IMG/VR virus record: IMGVR_UViG_3300027770_000038
Coordinates: 48,806-112,805 of that record
Reading direction: 5' to 3' (one strand)
DNA: 64,000 nucleotides
Origin: a virus
Taxonomy: Duplodnaviria > Caudoviricetes
Position numbers and translations under genes: made by a program. Below are positions 57,021 through 64,000 of this stretch, piece after piece. The notes below the pieces were generated by a model. That model was not told the DNA's origin. It made no database searches and saw only the letters and a list, made by a program, of their open reading frames with translations. How positions within the stretch are numbered: the stretch's first letter is position 1; each line of letters begins with the position of its first letter.

Positions 57021-57048
57021 ATAACCTTTGAAAAACCTTTACCTAATG

Positions 57049-57058
57049 GTATTTACAC
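57049..57058 (-). promoter_or_regulatory. GTGTAA-type candidate late promoter
   Basis: GTGTAAATAC just downstream of a terminator and upstream of the ATG at 57020. Confidence 0.6.
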
Positions 57059-57069
57059 TCTGTAAAAAT

Positions 57070-57098
57070 AAAAAGCCCCAGTTTTTAGGCTGGGGCTT
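57070..57098 (-). terminator. Intrinsic terminator after the major tail tube gene
   Basis: On -: AAGCCCCAG-CCTAAAAA-CTGGGGCTT-TTT. Confidence 0.85.
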
Positions 57099-57117
57099 AG
57101 TGCGATTATTTTAAATA

Positions 57118-58299
57118 TTATGCAAGAGGCAATGTTTCAAACATGAACATTCCTCTATCGGTTTGTTGAGGAGAACCAACTTGAGTAGTGAAGTTTAGTG
57201 TTACTGATTTATTAGCGCCAATTGAAGAAGAGATATCTTGAGAATCTAGGTTCAATCTCTTGAGGACATATCCAACGCCTTCATTAGTAGCCAAAGTAGT
57301 ATTAGCACTAGCAGGAGCGGCCAAGACGACGACAGCGTCATAAGTGGCGTCATTATTTATTACGTCAACAAGATTTCCAGTAGTAAGATCTTGGACTAGA
57401 GCATTGACGCTGAAAGAAATAGTAACTGGGAAATCGATTTCTCTAGAAAAAGCGTATTTACTACCGAGTTTTTGCAATGGAGTTCTATTTAAACCCATTG
57501 AGATAGAGAAATTTTGGATAGCGGCAGCAGCAGTAACATCAGTACCACCATAAGCTGTTCCAGTTGTTTTTGTTAGAGTGAGGGTAATGTCACCATGTCT
57601 TAGCGCTGAGACTCTGCCTAATGCGTTTTCACCATTAGGATTTGTAGCGGTCTGTGGCAAAGCGAAGGTTCCACCAGCGACTGCTCCAGCACTAGTTACA
57701 CCGGGAGTGTTTCCTGAATTTCCAGCAGTAAAATTCATGTTTAGGCACTCAACAGTAGAAGAAACAGTTGGGAAATCTCCTACGGCAGCATTTACGCTAT
57801 AATTAGTTAAGAAACCGTTCCCTAAGCCAATTGTATTTCCTTGAGTGGTATTTGGAGCAGAATCGGATGAAAATGCAGAAGCATCATTACCTTCATTAAC
57901 TGTCCTAACGTAATAATTTTTAGTATTTACAAATCCACTAGTTAAAATTCCTGATAAACAAGATTGAACAGCATTTGCAGAAGTAATGCCAGCGGTAGTA
58001 GTTTGACTTGTTATAACAGAAAAGCCTAAATTCTTTTCATTAGCCATATCTGAAAGTAGATATGAAAAATCTAGACCAACAGTTGGTTGCTCTACGATAA
58101 TACGATCAATAGCAGCAAGATTGCCGAATTGATTGACATCTTTTCTTGCAATATTAAAATTATAATTGCAAGATTGAACGCGAGAAAACTGGTTAACAAA
58201 TAAAGCTCCAGTTTGTGATGGTGTAGAAGCCGCTACGTCAACAAGGTCACTTGTATTGAATAACGCTTCTGATTGGTAAATTACACGATTTCTTGGCAT
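57118..58299 (-). CDS. Major tail tube protein (internally duplicated fold)
   Basis: Ser/Thr/Gly/Ala beta-rich protein upstream of the chaperones and tape measure gene, with its own promoter motif, RBS and terminator. Two similar halves ('RVQSCNYNFNIARKDVNQFG' and 'AIQNFSISMGLNRTPLQKLG'). Confidence 0.75.
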   Translation of the reverse strand: MPRNRVIYQSEALFNTSDLVDVAASTPSQTGALFVNQFSRVQSCNYNFNIARKDVNQFGNLAAIDRIIVEQPTVGLDFSYLLSDMANEKNLGFSVITSQTTTAGITSANAVQSCLSGILTSGFVNTKNYYVRTVNEGNDASAFSSDSAPNTTQGNTIGLGNGFLTNYSVNAAVGDFPTVSSTVECLNMNFTAGNSGNTPGVTSAGAVAGGTFALPQTATNPNGENALGRVSALRHGDITLTLTKTTGTAYGGTDVTAAAAIQNFSISMGLNRTPLQKLGSKYAFSREIDFPVTISFSVNALVQDLTTGNLVDVINNDATYDAVVVLAAPASANTTLATNEGVGYVLKRLNLDSQDISSSIGANKSVTLNFTTQVGSPQQTDRGMFMFETLPLA

Positions 58300-58325
58300 A
58301 TTTTTAATCCTTTAAAATTCTATTC

Positions 58326-58335
58326 ATTATTACAT
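58326..58335 (-). promoter_or_regulatory. Candidate late promoter (variant ATGTAATAAT)
   Basis: In the intergenic gap, upstream of an AAGGA RBS and the ATG at 58299. Confidence 0.55.
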
Positions 58336-58359
58336 TTTTTATTCAGTTTTGAGAAATAA

Positions 58360-60021
58360 TTAAATTACATCAGGTATCTGCATCCAATAATCTCCATGCA
58401 TTAAAATACCCTTTGTTGCGTCTTGAGGAGAACTTATTTGTCCTCCAAAAGTTAAAGTTGCTGTTTTATTTGCTCCGATTGACGAGCTAAAGCTCATAGA
58501 TTCTAATAGTGTAGATTTGGCTGTGTATCTAGCTCCTGTGATTCTTCCTAATGAAGAATTTTCTGTTCCGGGTTTAATGTGAGAAATTGACACATCGAAA
58601 GAAACATCTTTACCAGTAACCATAGTTAGCAGATTTCCAACAACAAGATCAGAAACCAAAACATCTACAGAAAGAGAATAATTAATTGGGAAAGTTATTT
58701 CTTTGGAAAATTCAAAAGTATTTCCTAATTTCTTTAGCGAATCTCTTTGCATGGCAATTGATAAGCTGTAGCTTTGAGCATTTAAAGAAGCTGAAGACGT
58801 ATCAATACCAAAACCAGAAAGGGCATATTGACTTAAATCAAGGACAATATTTCCGGGTTTAAATACTGAAACATTGTTGATTACATTGCTCCTATCATTA
58901 AAATCAGGCAAAGAGAATGTTCCATTTACTCTAGATCCATTGGAATCTAATGAAGGCAATTGATAGCGTTGCCCATCAACAGAAGATTTAAAATTATTAG
59001 CTCCTGTATAGAAAGCCATGTTCCTAGCTTCATTACCAATAGTGACAGTAGGAAAGTCTCCAACAGCGCCATTTGTAGCGTAATTATTCATTACGACATT
59101 TCCAAATGCAATAATCGCTTGATCTAATGTGCCAGTCGTAGCTACTGTTACGTCGTTTCCTTGAGCGACCGTCCTAACGAACATGTTTTTATCGTCAGTG
59201 ACTTTCGTTAAGATCCCAGATAGACAAGTAACATTTAGAACGCCAGTAGTGCCTTCTGGATAATTATTTGCTAAAGTTGGAGAGAAATTCTTACCATCGC
59301 TTGTGCCGCCAATTCCAACATTAACTGGCACATTAGTAGAATTACCAGCGCCTATAATTTGAGATCCATTTATAAAAATAACTCCTGACCCTTGGTTAGT
59401 TATTGAAACTCCTGTTGCTTGACCAGCAAATAGGCCTCCCGTTGCGACACCAAAAGAAAGCACTGGAGGTACGTTTGCTCCTCCTTGAGGTAGCGTTAAT
59501 GTAAATGGATTTAAATATCCTTGACCGCCATCAATAATAGAAGCCGCAGTTATTCCAAATTCTGCTTGTCCAGAAGTAACGATAGTTAAATTCACAGTAG
59601 CGCTCCTCTTGAGCGCCTGAACATTGAACCCTAATTCTTCTTCATTATTAAAACTATTTTGAAGATAAGAAAAATCCAGTGAAACAGTGGGTTGATCGAC
59701 TATAACTCTATCAATTGCAGCCAAATTACCAAACTGGTTTACGTCTTTCCTCGCAATATTAAAATTATAATTAATACTTTGGACGCGGCAAAGATTAGTA
59801 ATATTTGGAAGCAAGCCGCTAGTCATTTGCGCCAAAGAAGCACTCGCCGTAGTGCTGCCTGAATTTACTGTTCGCACAGAAAGAGGATCTAATTGATTCA
59901 ATTTTTGAGTTGGAACATTTACGGCATTATTGCCTGTAACGAATTTATAGTGTCCACTTGTAGCTGGGCTAGGGCCAACATATAAAGCTTCATTTTGGTA
60001 AATTACTCTTGTTCTTGGCAT
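58360..60021 (-). CDS. Second tail tube protein paralog with an inserted domain
   Basis: Near-identical blocks with 57118-58299 ('MPR.RVIYQ.EAL', 'NYNFNIARKDVNQFGNLAAIDR', 'AVGDFPTV', 'SSSIGANK') plus an internal 'IIDGGQGY' insert. Confidence 0.75.
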   Translation of the reverse strand: MPRTRVIYQNEALYVGPSPATSGHYKFVTGNNAVNVPTQKLNQLDPLSVRTVNSGSTTASASLAQMTSGLLPNITNLCRVQSINYNFNIARKDVNQFGNLAAIDRVIVDQPTVSLDFSYLQNSFNNEEELGFNVQALKRSATVNLTIVTSGQAEFGITAASIIDGGQGYLNPFTLTLPQGGANVPPVLSFGVATGGLFAGQATGVSITNQGSGVIFINGSQIIGAGNSTNVPVNVGIGGTSDGKNFSPTLANNYPEGTTGVLNVTCLSGILTKVTDDKNMFVRTVAQGNDVTVATTGTLDQAIIAFGNVVMNNYATNGAVGDFPTVTIGNEARNMAFYTGANNFKSSVDGQRYQLPSLDSNGSRVNGTFSLPDFNDRSNVINNVSVFKPGNIVLDLSQYALSGFGIDTSSASLNAQSYSLSIAMQRDSLKKLGNTFEFSKEITFPINYSLSVDVLVSDLVVGNLLTMVTGKDVSFDVSISHIKPGTENSSLGRITGARYTAKSTLLESMSFSSSIGANKTATLTFGGQISSPQDATKGILMHGDYWMQIPDVI

Positions 60022-60027
60022 AAAATA

Positions 60028-60876
60028 TTATGTTTGTCTTGGTTGTCTAAACTTGATCAGTTCAAAATCAATCAGCCCATAATATGAGCTAGGATTTAGA
60101 TTGCTCTCTATATCTCTTACACTCGCGACTTTAGAGACAGAAACACTATCTATCATGCAGTAGTCTTTTCCAGATGTTAAAGAATCATAATTAAAGACTA
60201 TTCCACTTTTAAAACTTCCTAATACATTAAAAGGATTATAAGTTGCGTCAATTAAAGGAACATTATCGTAATTTCTATCTCTGAATAAAGAACAAACTGC
60301 ATCTAATGTATATTGAGAATCGGCGATCACGATTGCTCGGAAATCCATTTTGGTTTTGTCAGTGCCGCCAAAAGCCCAAGGGTCATTTGTGCTGCTATTA
60401 TTTTTAATGAAAACCACAGGATAAGTGATAGTATTTTCTTTAAGACTTGACTTTAAAGACTCTGTTGAGGTCTTATTTCTTCTGACGTATTGAGTCTCAA
60501 AAAGCAAAACCTCTTCTGGCTGAGAGGTTAATAATACATTAAATTCTTTAACTGAGTAAGCCCCTGAAACAGTAAGAGACCCAGAAGCTAAATAGATTTG
60601 CCCTTCTGAATAATTAATACCGCTAACTGGGTTTTGACCTAAATTATAATTTACTCCACCAATACTAACCCCAGTCATTACTGTAGCGCCAGATATAGAA
60701 GTATCATAAACTAATCCTTTATAAGGTCCATTGTATGCATAGAACCCATTGACGTAAGATGAGTTGGCAGGAAAAGCACTTGTGACATTATAATAAGCCT
60801 CGCCTTTAGACAATAAAGTATGGTCAAACCACATTAGGAACGAAGAAGATATTTGGTTATCAAATTGGGGTTTCAT
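60028..60876 (-). CDS. Putative tail terminator/completion protein
   Basis: Directly upstream of the tube genes. The 'YPVVFIK...PWAFGG...FRAIVIADS..LD' pattern is typical of tail terminators. Confidence 0.5.
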   Translation of the reverse strand: MKPQFDNQISSSFLMWFDHTLLSKGEAYYNVTSAFPANSSYVNGFYAYNGPYKGLVYDTSISGATVMTGVSIGGVNYNLGQNPVSGINYSEGQIYLASGSLTVSGAYSVKEFNVLLTSQPEEVLLFETQYVRRNKTSTESLKSSLKENTITYPVVFIKNNSSTNDPWAFGGTDKTKMDFRAIVIADSQYTLDAVCSLFRDRNYDNVPLIDATYNPFNVLGSFKSGIVFNYDSLTSGKDYCMIDSVSVSKVASVRDIESNLNPSSYYGLIDFELIKFRQPRQT

Positions 60877-61487
60877 TATTTAAGTTTTTCCTTTAGGTTT
60901 CTTAATATCTCGCTTAAGTAGTCTACGGTAACGAAAGAACCTTTTCTAACTTTATAACTTGATTGAATACCTCCGCCAGATCGACTAGGCTCTGGACTTT
61001 TGAATCGGCCAGACAAGTAGTAACCAAGGCCAGAAATTCCTCTCTCAATACCTTTAACCCAGCTTCTACCATTTTCCCAAGGCAATGGAGTCTCCGCTTC
61101 TATTGCTTTAAGAGTTGGAGCTAAGACTTTGAAATTGAATTGTATTCCTGTTTCTAGATTTCTTACTGTAGGTTTTTCACTTAGATCGATTTCTTGTTCT
61201 AAAATTTGCCTTACTTCTTGAGTTGGGTTAGCGCCTTCTGCAAACCCAATAAATGAAAACAAATTTGCATCACTTTTTGTTCCGGGCAAAGTCTTTGAAA
61301 TGTTTGAAGCACCAACCCCTTCCTCTAACTCTTTAGTAACAGGGTGTTGATTGAACTCTCTAAGAGCTTGTTTTTTAATCCTTTCAAATTCCTTAAAGGC
61401 TCTTTGATAAGCTAAATTTTGAATGTCTTTATTAAAGAGAAGTTTTTTGACTTCCCTATTTAAGATTGTCTTATTTATGGTTGCCAT
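60876..61487 (-). CDS. Putative neck/tail completion protein
   Basis: Basic 203-aa protein in the neck gene position. Assignment by synteny only. Confidence 0.4.
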   Translation of the reverse strand: MATINKTILNREVKKLLFNKDIQNLAYQRAFKEFERIKKQALREFNQHPVTKELEEGVGASNISKTLPGTKSDANLFSFIGFAEGANPTQEVRQILEQEIDLSEKPTVRNLETGIQFNFKVLAPTLKAIEAETPLPWENGRSWVKGIERGISGLGYYLSGRFKSPEPSRSGGGIQSSYKVRKGSFVTVDYLSEILRNLKEKLK

Positions 61488-61927
61488 TATGTAGATTCTT
61501 TCATCATATACTCATAATAAGATTCATCAATAAATCTTTTAACGACAAAACCATATTGTACATTCCAAGATTTGCCATCGAAAGTTATTTTTTCTGTTCT
61601 CCCATTTTCAATGTAATCTTTAGTCTCAGCCTTCACTCGGATTCTCGCAATTGCTTTTGGGTTTTTAATCTCTGAACCTAAATCAATAAGGTCTTCTTCT
61701 GGGTTACCATAAAATACTCTTGCTTTGTAAGTGCTATACACCGGGGTATAAGTTACGCTTTCTGGCAATTGATCGCCGGGATAGCCGAAAGCTGGAGTTT
61801 GATTTATGGAAGTGATGTTTTTAATAGGCTCTTTATAAATAACAATATCCCTAGACAATGTATCGAAAAGATCATTGAAGTTTGATCCAAAGCTAGCTCT
61901 TTGTGTGTCTGTTAATAAAGATGCCAT
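61487..61927 (-). CDS. Putative head closure / head-tail joining protein
   Basis: Small beta-rich protein ('KITFDGKSWNV') in the neck gene order. Confidence 0.5.
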   Translation of the reverse strand: MASLLTDTQRASFGSNFNDLFDTLSRDIVIYKEPIKNITSINQTPAFGYPGDQLPESVTYTPVYSTYKARVFYGNPEEDLIDLGSEIKNPKAIARIRVKAETKDYIENGRTEKITFDGKSWNVQYGFVVKRFIDESYYEYMMKEST

Positions 61928-61929
61928 AA

Positions 61930-62424
61930 TTAAACTCTATTAAATGGGCGAGGAGTGAAATATTTATCAGTAATAAAGGAACCAACAACAGTATCATCGC
62001 CAGCAACCTGAAGAGGGCCGACATCATTAATGTTATAATCGGTAATCAGCATAGTCAATTCACTTAGAGCAGTCTTCTTTGCATCTAAGTATATTTTACT
62101 TGTTTCGTTTCGGTTGATTCTGCGAACAGTCCCGCCGCCATCTGTTACCTCTAAAACAGAATCGTTATTTATTGAATTTAGAGTTTGTTTGACTTTTAAA
62201 TCATAGAAGTAGCATTCATAAATTTTCTTATAAATAGCTTTCTCTGCTTCGCCAAGATTTGGATCAAGCTCTAAAGTTGTGTCGTTAACAATGATATCTT
62301 TATTTAATCTATTATTAAGGATGCCAATATTATTTCGAAGCCAGTAGCTAATAGCTGGTACTGAAAGGTCAGTTGGCTGACCTAATTCAAAATGAAGTTC
62401 TTGAGCCATGTCTACAATTTTCAT
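61930..62424 (-). CDS. Putative head-tail adaptor
   Basis: Helical protein with a 'VTDGGGTVRR' hairpin, located before the head closure gene. Confidence 0.45.
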   Translation of the reverse strand: MKIVDMAQELHFELGQPTDLSVPAISYWLRNNIGILNNRLNKDIIVNDTTLELDPNLGEAEKAIYKKIYECYFYDLKVKQTLNSINNDSVLEVTDGGGTVRRINRNETSKIYLDAKKTALSELTMLITDYNINDVGPLQVAGDDTVVGSFITDKYFTPRPFNRV

Positions 62425-62425
62425 A

Positions 62426-62800
62426 TTAGTATGTTATTTCTGGGTTAATGATGAAATATCCACCTTCAATAGTGCGAGCATAATCTGCTCCTGAAAATAC
62501 TTGAACATCAAACAATAGGTAACTAGAGGGTAAAGCTGCCATTCCAGTTCTACTTACATTAATATCTAGATATCCACTACTATATAAAGAACCATTTGTT
62601 CCTGAGATTATTTGTGGATTTAAATTTAATAAAATACCAGAGCTAGGCACATAAACGTTATCATTTGTATATCCCGCGCCATAACTAGCTCTTATATATC
62701 CAGAGGCCGTGAAACCTGATAAATTCATTATATTATTATCAGAATCACGGGCTACAAGTCTCTTGTAAAAAGAGTTTCCTTGCGTACCTGTTAAATTCAT
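62426..62800 (-). CDS. Small virion protein (BppU N-terminal-like beta sandwich)
   Basis: 'QGNSF...MNLSGFTASGYIR..Y...FDVQV...RTIEGG...I.PEIT'. ATG at 62800 preferred because ATG 62806 overlaps the promoter motif. Confidence 0.55.
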   Translation of the reverse strand: MNLTGTQGNSFYKRLVARDSDNNIMNLSGFTASGYIRASYGAGYTNDNVYVPSSGILLNLNPQIISGTNGSLYSSGYLDINVSRTGMAALPSSYLLFDVQVFSGADYARTIEGGYFIINPEITY

Positions 62801-62804
62801 ACAC

Positions 62805-62814
62805 ATTATTACAC
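62805..62814 (-). promoter_or_regulatory. GTGTAA-type candidate late promoter
   Basis: GTGTAATAAT immediately after the terminator U tract. Confidence 0.6.
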
Positions 62815-62837
62815 AAAAAAAGCCCCTTTCGGGGCTT
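62815..62837 (-). terminator. Intrinsic terminator
   Basis: On -: AAGCCCC-GAAA-GGGGCTT-TTTTT. Confidence 0.9.
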
Positions 62838-62857
62838 GAGAAGAGATATTTTAAAAA

Positions 62858-63715
62858 TTAAGCATTATCGCTAGTGGGAATTGGATCAGGAATCACATCA
62901 GGGATAACATCAGGGATTGGAGCAGGTGGAGGAACGGGCTCAGTGACAGCAACAACGGCAAGATCACTTTGCACAGACCCAGCTACATTACTAATTGTTA
63001 CAAAATAGTTTCCAGAATCAGAGAGCTTGGCATCCGCAATCTGCAAAGAGCTTCCGTTTGCTCCAATAATAGTCTCATTATCTTTACTCCATTGGAAAGC
63101 TAATGGTTGATCGCCCATTGCTCCTACATTTAAAACACCAAATCCACTAACGGTCAAATTAAGATTTTGTGGTTGAGATGTAATGGTTGGAGCTTGAAAG
63201 AAATTTAATGATGCATAAGAACTGACAATCGAACTCACTGGATTATTAATTTGTACATTGTAAGAGCCTAGATCGCCAGTCCCGGCTGAATTAATGGAAT
63301 AAACTGGAGAGGTAGCTCCTTCGATAGCGGTTCCATTTTTAACCCATTGATAATTCAATGGAGAATCGCCACTTGCGACTACGGAGAATTGAGCAGGTTG
63401 CCCATCTATAACTTTTTGATCTACTGGTTGGGTAGTAATAAATGGAGCAATAGCTTCAGTATAGCCTAAATTATCTAGCACTACTTTCTTTACATAATTA
63501 TAGTCAGCTTCGGCAGTTTGCTCAGAAGGCCAATCCTGCCAATCATCGCCGTACATGCAAGTATAAGTCCTATCTAGGCTTAAATCTTGTGGGTTTTTAA
63601 GGACTACTGAAAATTTGATTCCATTATGTGGATCAAAGTCATTAAAGTCTACGTCCAATCTGGTGACATTCGCGCCAGATGGTTTTGGGTAAACGGGGAT
63701 AAATATTGTATTCAT
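62858..63715 (-). CDS. Protein with two I-set immunoglobulin domains (virion decoration?)
   Basis: 'PFITTQP...YQWVKNG...DLGSYNV' and 'PTITSQP...FQWSKD...DSGNYFV', then a Pro-rich tail. Confidence 0.85.
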   Translation of the reverse strand: MNTIFIPVYPKPSGANVTRLDVDFNDFDPHNGIKFSVVLKNPQDLSLDRTYTCMYGDDWQDWPSEQTAEADYNYVKKVVLDNLGYTEAIAPFITTQPVDQKVIDGQPAQFSVVASGDSPLNYQWVKNGTAIEGATSPVYSINSAGTGDLGSYNVQINNPVSSIVSSYASLNFFQAPTITSQPQNLNLTVSGFGVLNVGAMGDQPLAFQWSKDNETIIGANGSSLQIADAKLSDSGNYFVTISNVAGSVQSDLAVVAVTEPVPPPAPIPDVIPDVIPDPIPTSDNA

Positions 63716-63751
63716 TTTCTTATTTTAATTGAAATTTAAGTTATTCTAATG

Positions 63752-63761
63752 TTTTTTACAC
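63752..63761 (-). promoter_or_regulatory. GTGTAA-type candidate late promoter
   Basis: GTGTAAAAAA in the gap upstream of the ATG at 63715. Confidence 0.45.
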
Positions 63762-63762
63762 T

Positions 63763-63999
63763 TTATAATCCAAATCTTCCTTTTGTAGCATTGTAATTCT
63801 GAAGTATCTCAGCGGCAGATAAGACTTTATTATACATCTTTAAGCTGCTTACATTACCTTGAACAGAGAAACCAGAGTTTCCCCCTCCTCCATATGGATA
63901 TAATGTCATCAATGTAAGTTGAAGTTGAGCATTTGCAACTGTAGGTGTATTATTTGTTATTCCATGATTTGTAAGAGCGTAGACTTGCACTCCATTTAC
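63763..63999 (-). CDS. C-terminal end of a LamG (ConA-like) domain protein; 5' end lies outside the window
   Basis: 'GNVSSLKMYNKVLSAAEILQNYNATKGRFGL' is the typical LamG terminus. The frame is open to the window edge. Confidence 0.8.
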   Translation of the reverse strand, partial: VNGVQVYALTNHGITNNTPTVANAQLQLTLMTLYPYGGGGNSGFSVQGNVSSLKMYNKVLSAAEILQNYNATKGRFGL

Positions 64000-64000
64000 A

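Noticed and set aside
2983-61675. Many short (60-140 aa) ORFs antisense to or nested in long genes, e.g. 32227-32640, 54188-54610, 18849-19229
   Set aside because: They overlap well-supported genes, have no recognisable motifs, and are expected shadow ORFs.
62876-62935. Short tandem repeat encoding IPDV-IPDV-IPDP
   Set aside because: Low-complexity Pro-rich protein tail with only about three imperfect units. No sign of a contingency locus.
1-64000. Stop-codon recoding (alternative genetic code) as seen in some large phages
   Set aside because: Standard-code ORFs tile the window almost completely, including 1836-, 2453- and 3800-aa genes, so no recoding is needed.

Overview
AT-rich, very gene-dense fragment of a large tailed dsDNA bacteriophage genome, read with the standard genetic code. 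No rRNA, tRNA or CRISPR array was seen. From left to right: (1) a + strand sugar and glycosyltransferase block (1-8.5 kb) with gmd, a ColD-like dehydratase and an Fcl/ColC-like reductase, i.e. a probable GDP-colitose pathway; (2) a + strand replication and recombination block (8.5-22.5 kb) with RecA/UvsX, DnaB, DnaG, a PD-(D/E)XK nuclease, a Pol III alpha split into PHP, DnaQ-like exonuclease and DnaE core genes, two more glycosyltransferases and an annealing-like protein; (3) a long non-contractile (lambda/T5-like) tail region (22.5-64 kb) with five tail-tube-like paralogs, an oppositely oriented M-L-K-K-I-J tail-tip block, two paralogous tail chaperones, neck genes and a 3800-aa tape measure protein. 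The most striking feature is inside the tape measure protein: about 1,400 aa of cassettes separated by eight copies of the motif G[FYH][IV]PNF. The cassettes include a cholera-toxin-clade ADP-ribosyltransferase-like domain, three paralogous GNAT-like domains and a possible PD-(D/E)XK nuclease domain. This suggests the tape measure protein is a processed polyprotein that delivers effectors at injection. A recurrent GTGTAA(A/T) motif upstream of structural genes looks like a phage late promoter. All protein calls are from motif recognition by eye; no database search was run.
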